Below, in pieces: positions 7,910 to 16,237 of a stretch of 64,000 nucleotides of DNA (position 1 is the first letter of the stretch; every line of letters begins with the position of its first letter). This stretch comes from an uncultured Acidobacteriota bacterium (GTDB lineage: Bacteria; Acidobacteriota; Thermoanaerobaculia; UBA5066; Gp7-AA6), in contig CAVTYD010000002.1 of the NCBI GenBank assembly GCA_963738945.1, positions 3,285,233 through 3,349,232 on the forward strand, in the 5' to 3' direction. The notes beneath the pieces were generated by a model, which saw only the letters and a program-made list of their open reading frames with translations, was not told the DNA's origin and searched no databases. Both the position numbers and the translations under genes were made by a program.

Positions 7910-8725
7910 ATGGATCGTCGCTTTGCGGTCCCGCGGATAATGCCGCGCATGGCTTCGTTTCTGTCCCGCCGCGCCCGGGCCGCGGCGATCGCGGTTCTCT
8001 CCGCCCTCGGTCTCGTCTTCGCGTCGTCGGCGTCCGGCGCGTCGTCGCGCAAGAGCCCATACGTCCAGATCGTCGGCGAGGCCACCGTCGTCACGGAGCC
8101 GCGGGAGACCGTCCACAAGAACCGGAGGAGGTTCCTGGAGTTCGAGGTGACGCTCCAGACGGCTCGACCGGCGGCCGATCAGCCCGCCGGCGCCGACCGC
8201 TCGCTTTCGATCGACACGAAGGGGCGCGTGAAGGTCGTCCACGACCTCTCCTGCGGGGGCGCGGCGCTGCACCTCGCCGTCGGCGATCGGATCGAGATCG
8301 CCGGCGAATACGTCCACGTTCCGCGCGGAGGAGACCTGATTCACTTCACGCATCCCGCCGACGGATCGTGCGGACGGGGCGGGTCCCATCCGGCGGGCTT
8401 TCTCAAGCGGGTCGTGTCCGAACCGGCCGTCCGGAAAACTCCTCGCCCCGGCACGCTCGTTCCCGACCAGCCGTACACCGGGCCGCCGCCGGCCGCGGCG
8501 AAGCCGTACGAGGCGATCATCGCGGCGAAGGAGAGCGGGAGCTCGAACGCCGACCTGCTCCGCCGTGTCGAACGCGAGGGGATCGCCTATTCGCTGACGA
8601 CGCCCGAGATCCAGAAGTTGCGCGCGGCGGGCGTATCGGAGGACGTGATCGAGGCGATGCTGCGGTCGGGCCGAAAGGCGGCGCCCGCCCCGGCGGCCGT
8701 GCCGCCGTCGCCTACGCCGCGTTGA
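7910..8725 (+). CDS. Exported hypothetical protein (possibly DUF3465-like N-domain)
   Basis: In-frame ATGs occur at 7910, 7940 and 7949, followed by a signal peptide (AAAIAVLSALGLVFASSASG). The segment EIAGEYVHVPRGGDLIHFTHPADG resembles DUF3465. The listed 462-aa ORF upstream part is antisense to the peroxidase gene. Confidence 0.6.
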   Translation: MDRRFAVPRIMPRMASFLSRRARAAAIAVLSALGLVFASSASGASSRKSPYVQIVGEATVVTEPRETVHKNRRRFLEFEVTLQTARPAADQPAGADRSLSIDTKGRVKVVHDLSCGGAALHLAVGDRIEIAGEYVHVPRGGDLIHFTHPADGSCGRGGSHPAGFLKRVVSEPAVRKTPRPGTLVPDQPYTGPPPAAAKPYEAIIAAKESGSSNADLLRRVEREGIAYSLTTPEIQKLRAAGVSEDVIEAMLRSGRKAAPAPAAVPPSPTPR

Positions 8726-9500
8726 TCCGGGCGGCCGCCGCGTCCGGGGAGCCGTGGCGGCGCTTCCACCACAGGCTCACGAGCCAGGCGGTCGGGATGA
8801 CCGCGAGGGAGTATGCGAGCACGTGCCCGATCGTCCCGTCCGGCCCGAGGATCTCGGTCGCGTCGTGGATCGCCTGGGAGGAGGGAAGAACCCGCGCTTC
8901 GGCGAGCTCGTGAATGCCGTAGAGCACGAGCTGGACGAGGAAGATCGCGAGGAATACCGCGGAGACGTTCAGGATCGACTTCAGGTCCACGTCCTTGCCG
9001 AGACGGGTCCACAGGAATCCGATCGCGACCGCCGAAAGAAGGCCCAGGCCGAGACCCGTCAGGACGGCCGCCGACTTCAGCTGGAAGAACGCCGTGGCGA
9101 TCAGAAGCGCGGTTTCCATTCCCTCGCGCGTGATCATGAGGAGAGCGAACGCGAAGACGCCCCAGAAGGCGCGCTGCGGGCTCTGCGAGCCGGCGCGGGC
9201 CTCGATGCGATGCTCGATGTCGGACTTCAGGCGCTTGGAGACCCGCTTCATGTAGACGAGGAGGCTCCCGACGAGCGCCGCGGCCACGAGCGCGAGGGTC
9301 GCCTCCCAGACGGGTTGATTCGCGGCCTTCGAGAAGAGGAATCCCGCGGCGGTGCAGGTCAGGATCGAAACCCCGAGGGCCGCGTAGACCGCGCGAGCGA
9401 GCCGGGGCCGGCCGGTGCGCTGCAGGTAGGCGAGCGTCAGGGCCACGATGAGAAAGGCCTCGATTCCTTCCCGAAGCGCGATCGTGAATCCCTGCCACAT
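8712..9500 (-). CDS. FTR1 family iron permease (EfeU/Ftr1-like)
   Basis: Two REXXE motifs are present (ALREGIEAFL and ITREGMETAL), with about 7 TM segments. Confidence 0.9.
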   Translation of the reverse strand: MWQGFTIALREGIEAFLIVALTLAYLQRTGRPRLARAVYAALGVSILTCTAAGFLFSKAANQPVWEATLALVAAALVGSLLVYMKRVSKRLKSDIEHRIEARAGSQSPQRAFWGVFAFALLMITREGMETALLIATAFFQLKSAAVLTGLGLGLLSAVAIGFLWTRLGKDVDLKSILNVSAVFLAIFLVQLVLYGIHELAEARVLPSSQAIHDATEILGPDGTIGHVLAYSLAVIPTAWLVSLWWKRRHGSPDAAAARINAA

Positions 9501-9526
9501 CGTCGTGTTCCTTCCTGCCGGCCCTC

Positions 9527-9580
9527 TTGACTTTTAGCCGGGATCGGGAAGATTATCGCAATTGAGACAGAGTCGCAATC
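9527..9580 (+). promoter_or_regulatory. Putative fur promoter and shared operator in the fur/FTR1 divergent region
   Basis: The order is TTGACT (9527-9532), 18 nt, GATTAT (9551-9556), then CGCAATTGAGACAGAGTCGCAATC (9557-9580). This matches the 7.8-kb operator at 20 of 24 positions. Confidence 0.55.
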
Positions 9581-9582
9581 CC

Positions 9583-10095
9583 ATGAACCGGCGCGAGCTG
9601 CAGATTTTCCGCAAGTACCTGGAACGGCGAGGCCTGAAGCTCACCTCCGAGCGCCAGGCGCTGTTCGACGAGGTTTTCAGCAAACACGAGCACGTCGAGG
9701 CGGACGAGCTGCTCGTCCGCCTGCGCGCCCAGCACAAGAAGATCTCGCGGGCCACGATTTACCGGACGCTCGAGCTGCTCGTCGAGGCCGGCGTCGTCGG
9801 CAAGCTGCGCATCGGCGAGGCCGGATACCGCTACGAGCGCCTCCACGCCGGCGATCATCACGACCACCTGATCTGCGATCAGTGCGGCCGGGTCATCGAG
9901 TTCTTCGAGCCGCGCATCGAGGCCCTGCAGGACGAGGTGGCGTCGCGGCACGGGTTCCTGCTGCTCTCGCACAACCACCAGATGCGCGGGATCTGCCGGC
10001 GCTGCCGTCCGCGTTCCAAGTCCTCCAGCTCCACGGCCCGCGTCGTTGCGTCGGGTCCCGCTCCCGTGCCTATTTCGTCCAGGCCACGCGGATGA
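9583..10095 (+). CDS. fur: Fur family transcriptional regulator
   Basis: The DNA-binding region has Fur-like sequence (LTSERQALFDEVF...ISRATIYRTLELLVEAG). Metal sites are present (HHDHLICDQCGRVIEF; ...GICRRC). I prefer the ATG at 9583 over the listed TTG at 9562. The 3' end overlaps convergent tyrS by 26 nt. Confidence 0.85.
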   Translation: MNRRELQIFRKYLERRGLKLTSERQALFDEVFSKHEHVEADELLVRLRAQHKKISRATIYRTLELLVEAGVVGKLRIGEAGYRYERLHAGDHHDHLICDQCGRVIEFFEPRIEALQDEVASRHGFLLLSHNHQMRGICRRCRPRSKSSSSTARVVASGPAPVPISSRPRG

Positions 10096-11284
10096 ACCGG
10101 CGCCCGAGGCGCAGCACGCCGGCGCCGAGCGCCGCGAGCCCCTCGTCGGGATCGCGGACCTCCCGGGGCCCGGGCGTTCCGTCGGCGTAGAAGCTCAGCG
10201 CTCCCTCGGCGATCTTGCGGCGCGCCTCGCGCATCGAGGCCGCGAGACCGAGCGTGACGAGCGTCTTCGCGGCGCGTCCGCCGTCCGTCGCCGGGACCTC
10301 TCTCGTCTCGACGTCGTCGGGGACCTCGCCCCGGGAGAAGGCGCGGCGAAAGTCCTCCTCGGCGCGCTCCGCCGCGTCGGCGCCGTGGAACTGCGCGACG
10401 ATCAGGCGGCCGAGCCGCGCCTTGGCGTCGCGCGGATTCTCCACGCCCTCCTCGACGCGCTTCTTCCTCGCCGCGAGGTCGGACATCGGCTCGTCGGTCA
10501 GCAGCTCGTACCAGTTCCAGAGCAGCGCGTCCGGAATCGACATGACCTTGCCGAACATGTCGCCCGGAGGATCGAGGACGCCGATCGCGTTGCCGAGCGA
10601 CTTCGACATCTTCTCGACGCCGTCCGTGCCGACGAGCAGCGGCAGGGTCATGACGACCTGCGGCTCGAGCCCCTCGGCCCGCATCAGGTCCCGGCCGACC
10701 AGGAGGTTGAAGAGCTGGTCGGTGCCGCCGAGCTCGACGTCGGCCTTCAGCGCCACGGAATCGTAGCCCTGGGCGAGCGGGTAGAGCAGCTCGTGCAGGG
10801 CGATCGGCTGCTGCGCTTTCCAGCGCTTCTGGAAATCGTCGCGCTCGAGGATGCGCGCGACCGTGACGCGGGACGCCAGGCGCACGAGGCCGGCCGCGCC
10901 GAGCGCCCCGAGCCAGCGGTTGTTGAACTCGATCACGGTCTTTCCCGGATCGAGGATCTGGAACGCCTGCTTCGTGTAGGTCTTCGCGTTCGCCTCGATC
11001 TCCTCGGGCGTCAGCTGGGGGCGCGTCGTCTTCTTGCCCGACGGATCGCCGATCATGCCGGTGAAGTCTCCGATTACGAAGACGACCCGATGGCCCGCGT
11101 CCTGGAAGTGCCGCATCTTCCGGAGAATGACGGTGTGGCCGAGGTGGATGTCGGGTGCCGAGGGGTCGAAGCCCACCTTGACCGTGACCGGACCTCGGGC
11201 GAGCTTTCGGGCGAGGTCCGCCTCGTCGATCAGGTCGACCGCGCCGCGCCGAAGGATTTCGAGCGGAAAAGAGGGGGTCGTCAC
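10070..11284 (-). CDS. tyrS: Tyrosine--tRNA ligase
   Basis: Class I HIGH motif (HLGHTV) and KMSKS motif are both present. The TyrS-like GDFTGMIGDPSGK segment is present. The C-terminus is S4-like. Confidence 0.92.
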   Translation of the reverse strand: MTTPSFPLEILRRGAVDLIDEADLARKLARGPVTVKVGFDPSAPDIHLGHTVILRKMRHFQDAGHRVVFVIGDFTGMIGDPSGKKTTRPQLTPEEIEANAKTYTKQAFQILDPGKTVIEFNNRWLGALGAAGLVRLASRVTVARILERDDFQKRWKAQQPIALHELLYPLAQGYDSVALKADVELGGTDQLFNLLVGRDLMRAEGLEPQVVMTLPLLVGTDGVEKMSKSLGNAIGVLDPPGDMFGKVMSIPDALLWNWYELLTDEPMSDLAARKKRVEEGVENPRDAKARLGRLIVAQFHGADAAERAEEDFRRAFSRGEVPDDVETREVPATDGGRAAKTLVTLGLAASMREARRKIAEGALSFYADGTPGPREVRDPDEGLAALGAGVLRLGRRFIRVAWTK

Positions 11285-11332
11285 GGTGGGCGGGGATTAT
11301 AAGGGCGGGTCCGCGGCGTTAGCATCCGCGGC

Positions 11333-11770
11333 ATGGCACTCCGTCGGCGCGACGCGCGCATCGCAATTCGGGCGCTCCTTCTCGTGGCGGCGGTCGGCTG
11401 CGACGACACGATGACCGGGCCCACGCCCACGCCGACACCGAGTTCCCCGACGCCGCCGCCGAGCGCGCCGCGGACGGTGTACGTCGGATCGGACGCGACC
11501 GGCCAGCGCACCAACGTCTTCTTCGATCCCGTCAGCGGAACTTCGTCGAGCACGATCCACGTCGGCGATTCGATCCAGTGGGTCTGGACCTCGGGCACCC
11601 ACTCGACCACGTCGGGCACCTGCCCGTTCGGCTGCGTCGCCAACGGGCTCTGGGACTCCGGGGTCGGGTCGGGATTGACCTTCGCGCACACCTTCCCGAC
11701 GGCCGGCACGTTCCCGTACTTCTGCCTGGTGCACGGCACGATGATGCAGGGAACCGTCGTCGTTCAGTAG
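11333..11770 (+). CDS. Lipoprotein cupredoxin (type-1 blue copper protein-like)
   Basis: Has a lipobox-like LLVAAVGC, a Pro/Thr linker, and copper ligand pattern H (SGTHST) ... C-x2-H-x2-M (YFCLVHGTMM). Confidence 0.8.
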   Translation: MALRRRDARIAIRALLLVAAVGCDDTMTGPTPTPTPSSPTPPPSAPRTVYVGSDATGQRTNVFFDPVSGTSSSTIHVGDSIQWVWTSGTHSTTSGTCPFGCVANGLWDSGVGSGLTFAHTFPTAGTFPYFCLVHGTMMQGTVVVQ

Positions 11771-11827
11771 CACCGCGAGTGACGGGTGCCGTGTCAACGG
11801 TGAACGCGGCTCGGTCGTCCAATCGCG

Positions 11828-12349
11828 ATGACGCCTTCGCGCCTCGCGATCGCGCTTCTCGGCGCCGCGGCGGCGCTTTCGTCCGGATGCAAGGGCGGCG
11901 ACACGGTGACGGGCCCGGCTCCGTCGCCGACTCCGCCGCCGGTTCCGAGCTCGCCGGCCGGTGCGACCTCCACGCCGACCCCGGCTCCGGCGCCGACGCC
12001 GACCGTGCCTCCGGTCCAGACCGTCGTCGTCGATGTCCGGGCCTGGGACTTCTCTCCCGGCGGCCCGGTCTCGCCGCCGCTGGTTCTCCATGTCGGCGTC
12101 CCCTACATGCTCGTCTTCCACGACGTGGACACGCCCGGTACGCCGAACCCGCGGCACGGCTTTTCAGGAATCAGCGAGCTCGGCCTGCCGCCGACCGACG
12201 ACATCTCCGCGGGCCACGACTTCGTCATCCCGTCCTTCACGCCACAGCCCTATCAGCGGGGCACCTATCCCTTCGCCTGCACGCAAAGCGATTGCGGCGG
12301 CGATCCGGAGCAGCACGCGGGGATGATCGGGAGCCTCATCGTCGAGTAA
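11828..12349 (+). CDS. Lipoprotein cupredoxin-fold protein with a CuA-like Cys-Cys-His-Met loop
   Basis: Has a lipobox (ALSSGC), a long Pro/Thr/Ala linker, and a C-terminal FACTQSDCGGDPEQHAGM with upstream VFHDVD. Confidence 0.7.
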   Translation: MTPSRLAIALLGAAAALSSGCKGGDTVTGPAPSPTPPPVPSSPAGATSTPTPAPAPTPTVPPVQTVVVDVRAWDFSPGGPVSPPLVLHVGVPYMLVFHDVDTPGTPNPRHGFSGISELGLPPTDDISAGHDFVIPSFTPQPYQRGTYPFACTQSDCGGDPEQHAGMIGSLIVE

Positions 12350-12357
12350 CGGCTAGA

Positions 12358-12543
12358 ATGAGCCGCATGGCGGAGACCAGGGAGGCCGGCGAGACCCCGG
12401 AGCAGGGCCCCGGGCCGAGCGACGACGACCGGCGCGCGGAGGCCGCGGCCGTGAATCGCAAGCGCGCGGAAAAGGAGTGGGAAGACAACAAGAAGCGCTG
12501 GCGCTCCATGGGCGTGCCAAAAGGCCTTCCCGCCAAGAAGTAG
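12358..12543 (+). CDS. Small charged hypothetical protein (61 aa)
   Basis: The ATG sits 9 nt after the preceding stop. The composition is Lys/Glu-rich and non-GC-biased (RKRAEKEWEDNKKRWRSMGVPKGLPAKK). No family was recognised. Confidence 0.35.
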   Translation: MSRMAETREAGETPEQGPGPSDDDRRAEAAAVNRKRAEKEWEDNKKRWRSMGVPKGLPAKK

Positions 12544-12547
12544 GGTC

Positions 12548-13225
12548 GTGAAGCTGACCTCGTGCCGCCGGTGTCCGCGCCTGGTGGCCTGGCGCGAGGA
12601 GGCGGGGCGGAACCCTCCGCGGCGGTTTGCGGGCGAGCGCTACTGGTCGAAGCCCGTTCCGGCCTTCGGCGAGCGAGGTTCGCCGATTCTGCTGGTCGGG
12701 CTCGCTCCCGCCGCGAACGGCGCGAATCGCACCGGCCGGATGTTCACGGGCGACGAATCCGGAAATTTCCTCTTCGCGGCTCTCCACGCGGCCGGGCTCG
12801 CGAACCAGCCGAGCTCCGTTTCCCGGCGCGACGGCCTGGCTTTGCGCGGCGCGCTCCTGACCGCGGTCTGCCGGTGCGCTCCGCCGGAGAACCGGCCGCA
12901 CCCGTCGGAGATCGAGAACTGCCGCGACTATCTCGCGGCGGATTTCGCCGCGGCGGCAAGGCCCCGGGTCCTCGTCGCGCTCGGAGCGCTCGCGTTCGGC
13001 GAGTGCCTTCGCCTTCTCGGGGACGAGGGCGCGACCCTGCCTCGCCCGAAGCCGCGGTTCTCGCACGGAGCGCGACATCGGATCGGCGAGGACTGGCTGC
13101 TCGCGACCTACCATCCGAGCCAGCAGAACACGTTCACGGGAGTGCTCACGGCGCCGATGCTGCGCGCGGTTCTGCGCCGCGCGCAGAGGCTCGCGAGTCC
13201 TCGGCGGTCACGCGCCGCGCGATGA
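12548..13225 (+). CDS. Uracil-DNA glycosylase, family 4/5 type (UdgB-like)
   Basis: Has N-terminal CxxC (CRRCPRL), motif GLAPAANGANRTGRMFTGD, and C-terminal HPSQQN. Confidence 0.85.
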   Translation: MKLTSCRRCPRLVAWREEAGRNPPRRFAGERYWSKPVPAFGERGSPILLVGLAPAANGANRTGRMFTGDESGNFLFAALHAAGLANQPSSVSRRDGLALRGALLTAVCRCAPPENRPHPSEIENCRDYLAADFAAAARPRVLVALGALAFGECLRLLGDEGATLPRPKPRFSHGARHRIGEDWLLATYHPSQQNTFTGVLTAPMLRAVLRRAQRLASPRRSRAAR

Positions 13226-13259
13226 TCGTGGGCGTGGGAGCTACTCTTAACCGCGGCAA

Positions 13260-13466
13260 GTCTTTTCGGAATCCGGCCCGGCTTCGCCGGCCCGGATTCC
13301 GATGCGGCGTTTCCCCGCCGCAAGGCCGGCCCGGATTCCGATGCGGCGTTTTCCCGCCGCAGGGCCGACCCGGATTCCGATGCGGCGTTTTCCCGCCGCA
13401 GGTCTTTTTCGGACCCGGCCCGGCTTCGCCGGCCCGGATTCCGATGCGGCGTTTTCCCGCCGCAGG
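13260..13466. repeat. Intergenic array of hairpin repeats arranged A-B-B-B-A-B, with a B unit of about 39 nt
   Basis: The B unit is CCCGGATTCCGATGCGGCGTTT(T)CCCGCCGCA(A/G)GG. It starts at 13291, 13330, 13369 and 13432. Each copy has a GCGGCG-loop-CGCCGC stem. The A unit GTCTTTTCGGA.CCGGCCCGGCTTCGCCGG occurs at about 13260 and 13401. Confidence 0.9.
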
Positions 13467-13470
13467 GGGC

Positions 13471-13902
13471 TCACTTCTTGAAAAGGGCGTCGAAGGCCGA
13501 GCGGGCATCGTCGGGCGAGGCGGAGCCGCGGCTGCCGGTCAGGTCGAAGGCTTTGGCCGGCGCGTAGAACGTGCACTCGTTGGCGGCCTTTTTCGATGCG
13601 ATCCGAGCAGGAATCGGCTTCGAGCACTCGAATCGCGCCGAGGTGTCGAAGTTGGCGCACTGCGCGCATGCGTGCAGGGGCTCGCCGCACTTGCGGCATA
13701 GGGCGGCGGTGCCGATCGAATCGAGATCGAGCACGCGCTCGCCGCAGTGCTTGCAGCGGAAGACGACCGCCTTGTCCTGGTCGACTCCGCGCCCGCGCGG
13801 TCCCTCGCTGCGAGGCGGCCTCGGCCCCGAAGGGCGCCGGCCCGAGGAGTCGGAGCCGGCATCCATGTAGCCCCGATGGCGATACTTGCGCTCGTCGCTC
13901 AC
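13471..13902 (-). CDS. Hypothetical zinc-ribbon protein
   Basis: Contains CxxC...CxxC...CxxC (CKHCGERV, CRKCGEPLHACAQC). The N-terminus is basic and disordered. Coding-like composition ends in ...FDALFKK. Confidence 0.6.
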   Translation of the reverse strand: MSDERKYRHRGYMDAGSDSSGRRPSGPRPPRSEGPRGRGVDQDKAVVFRCKHCGERVLDLDSIGTAALCRKCGEPLHACAQCANFDTSARFECSKPIPARIASKKAANECTFYAPAKAFDLTGSRGSASPDDARSAFDALFKK

Positions 13903-13940
13903 GTCACGATTGTAGCTCCGGAGAGATAATCGCCCCGGCC

Positions 13941-14420
13941 ATGCCTCAGGATCCCGACCGCGCCTTCGAGCTCTGGCACGAAGGCACGCAGCGCCTCCTC
14001 GCCGGAGACCTCGAGGAGGCGATCGCCCTCTTCACGCGGTCTCTCGAGACGCATCCGACGGCCGAGGCGTATACCTTCCGCGGCTGGGCCTACTCCTTCG
14101 CGGGGCGACTGGACGAAGCCATCCTCGAGTGCCGGAAGGCCATCGCGACCGACCCCGATTTCGGCAACCCGTACAACGACATCGGGTGCTACCTGATGGA
14201 GCAGGACCGCGCCGACGAGGCCATTCCATGGTTCGAGAAGGCCAAGCGCGCGGCCAGGTACGAGCCGCGTCACTTTCCGTACCTGAACCTCGGCCGGCTC
14301 CGGGCGGCCCGGGGCGAGGTGGCGGAAGCGATCGCCGAGCTCGAAGGCGCTCTGGCCGAACATCCCGGCGATGCCCTGGCGCTCCGGCTGCTGGACGGCC
14401 TGCGCTATCGGATCCACTAG
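13941..14420 (+). CDS. TPR repeat protein
   Basis: Has about 4 TPR-like 34-aa repeats (AEAYTFRGWAYSFAGRLDEAILECRKAIATDP...). The ATG at 13941 is in frame with the listed longer ORF. Confidence 0.75.
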   Translation: MPQDPDRAFELWHEGTQRLLAGDLEEAIALFTRSLETHPTAEAYTFRGWAYSFAGRLDEAILECRKAIATDPDFGNPYNDIGCYLMEQDRADEAIPWFEKAKRAARYEPRHFPYLNLGRLRAARGEVAEAIAELEGALAEHPGDALALRLLDGLRYRIH

Positions 14421-14460
14421 CTCGATCGGCCGGGATAGAATCCCGCCTTCGGAGGAAATC

Positions 14461-15177
14461 ATGGACCAGTTTTCGGTGTCTTCCCAACCCGCCCTCGGGG
14501 CCGCCGGCGCCGTCTCGGCCGAGCGCGTCACGGCGTTCCTTCGGAAGGTTTACGGGTGGATGTGCGTGGGTCTCGCTCTGACGGCCGTGGTCTCGCTGGC
14601 CGTCGCGGGTTCTCCGGCTCTCCGGCAGGCGATCTTCGGCAACAAGATCGTTTTCTTCGGGCTCATCATCGCGGAGCTCGGCCTCGTCTTCTATCTCTCG
14701 GCGCGGGTCCAGAAGATGGAGTCGAGCACGGCGGCCGGACTCTTTCTCCTCTATTCGGCGCTGAACGGCGCGACCCTCGCTTCGATCTTCCTGCTCTACA
14801 CGGGGACGTCGATCGTGTCGACGTTCGTGGTGACGGCCGGGATGTTCGGCGCGCTCGCGCTCTACGGCTCGACCACGAAGCGAAGCCTCGCCGGCGTCGG
14901 CCAGTTCGTCTTCATGGGCCTGATCGGCGTCGTTCTGGCGTCGATCGTGGGCTTCTTCTGGAAGTCCGAGGGCCTGCAGTTCATCATCTCGGTCGTCGGC
15001 GTCATCGTCTTCACCGGCCTGACGGCCTGGGACGCGCAGCGGCTGAAGGCGATGGCCGTCTCGCTTCCGGACGGCCGGACGGGCTCCTACGCGGTCGTCG
15101 GCGCCCTGTCGCTCTACCTCGACTTCATCAACCTGTTTCTCTTCCTGCTGCGTCTCTTCGGGGGGCGGCGCGACTAA
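14461..15177 (+). CDS. Bax inhibitor-1/YccA family membrane protein
   Basis: Has 7 TM segments, an FLRKVYGWM start region, and a C-terminal ...SLYLDFINLFLFLLRLFGGRRD typical of the BI-1 family. Confidence 0.85.
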   Translation: MDQFSVSSQPALGAAGAVSAERVTAFLRKVYGWMCVGLALTAVVSLAVAGSPALRQAIFGNKIVFFGLIIAELGLVFYLSARVQKMESSTAAGLFLLYSALNGATLASIFLLYTGTSIVSTFVVTAGMFGALALYGSTTKRSLAGVGQFVFMGLIGVVLASIVGFFWKSEGLQFIISVVGVIVFTGLTAWDAQRLKAMAVSLPDGRTGSYAVVGALSLYLDFINLFLFLLRLFGGRRD

Positions 15178-15179
15178 AA

Positions 15180-15482
15180 CGTCGCCTTCGCTTCGTTCGG
15201 GGGCCTGCGCCGCGGCGGCGCGAGGCGCCGCGCGGCGCACCGCCGGGCGGCTCGCGCAAAGGCGCTCGACCGCCCGGCTGGCCCCTCACTGCGCTTCGGC
15301 TCCCGCGGCGTGAGCCTCCACCTAACCGTCGCCTTCGCTTCGTTCGGGGCCTGCGCTGCCGCGGCGCAAGCGCCGCGTGGCGCACCGCCGGGCGGCTCGC
15401 GCAAAGGCGCTCGACCGCCCGGCTGGCCCCTCACTGCGCTGCGGTTCCCGCGGCGTGAGCCTCCACCCTCGCTTCGCTCGGG
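15180..15482. repeat. Tandem repeat of about 145 bp (two copies plus a partial third) with internal hairpins
   Basis: CGTCGCCTTCGCTTCGTTCGGG starts at 15180 and again at 15327. The copies are about 90% identical. Each contains CCGGGCGG-19 nt-CCGCCCGG. A partial CGCTTCGCTCGGG lies at 15470-15482, followed by an inverted fragment (CTCACGCCGCGAG). Confidence 0.9.
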
Positions 15483-15562
15483 TGACTTCTCACGCCGCGA
15501 GCTTTCGCCGCAGTGCGGCTGATGAGGGTCTGCGCTCTTCGCGAGTGCGCTGCATGCGCGTT

Positions 15563-16237
15563 TCAGGCGACGGCGAGTCGACGTCCCGGAGCAAGGCTCT
15601 CCGCGTCGGCGTACTCGATGTGAAGGACTCTTCGTGGCGCGGGGCTGGTGGATTTGGATGACGAGTGTACTAACAACGGGCGCATTGCGAGGATCCCTCC
15701 GGCCGGCACGAGGCAGTCGTGAATCGGATGGGAAGCAGCGAGTCGTGCAAGCTGATCGTCCCCGAGGACACCGAGACAATGGGAACCGGGAATGACTCGC
15801 AGCGGGCCGTTGGAAGGATCGGACGAGTCGATGTGCACGCGAAGGGCAATCACGCGGGATAGTGCCCACGCTGGAGCGTGGGCATAGAGCACACCGGCCT
15901 TCACCGACCATGGACCCCAACCGGGCTCTTCGAGTCGTTGCTTAAATGGCAGCGCCGTATCCTGATGCCAGACGACAAGCCAGTTTGCGTGCGCCGACTT
16001 ATCGAACAGTGTCGCTCGATATGGAAACGGCTCCGCGCCCAGGAATGACCTTGCGATTCTCGTGAGACGCCGATCCGCGGCTAACGCTGAGACTGCCTGG
16101 CACGACAGGACGTGCCGGGAACCGGCGCGAGTTCGAGGAAGAGAGCCTAGCGCTTCGAGAAGACGGTGGCATTCCGACCGGTCGATTACGCCGGGATACA
16201 CCTCGAAGCCGCGCCCCTCTGCCGTTGTGCCCCTCAT
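15563..16237 (-). CDS. Phytanoyl-CoA dioxygenase (PhyH) family Fe(II)/2-oxoglutarate oxygenase
   Basis: Has the HxD motif in WHQDTA, the PhyH-like LRVIPGSH, and a distal His (LLVHSS). The ATG at 16237 (MRGTTAEG) is in frame. Local GC is lower than in the flanks. Confidence 0.75.
   Translation of the reverse strand: MRGTTAEGRGFEVYPGVIDRSECHRLLEALGSLPRTRAGSRHVLSCQAVSALAADRRLTRIARSFLGAEPFPYRATLFDKSAHANWLVVWHQDTALPFKQRLEEPGWGPWSVKAGVLYAHAPAWALSRVIALRVHIDSSDPSNGPLRVIPGSHCLGVLGDDQLARLAASHPIHDCLVPAGGILAMRPLLVHSSSKSTSPAPRRVLHIEYADAESLAPGRRLAVA

Noticed and set aside
9562-9582. TTG start at 9562 for fur as listed in the ORF track
   Set aside because: It would place the start codon inside the operator/-10 region. 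The ATG at 9583 gives a normal Fur N-terminus (MNRRELQIFRKYL) and leaves a short leader.
10046-11302. 418-aa plus-strand ORF
   Set aside because: It is antisense to tyrS, which has unambiguous HIGH and KMSKS motifs. It is a shadow ORF.
13291-13466. Possible CRISPR array (repeats of about 35-39 nt)
   Set aside because: The repeats abut directly with no unique spacers. Only four copies exist. A second repeat type is interleaved. No cas genes are nearby. The structure fits REP/BIME-like hairpins instead.
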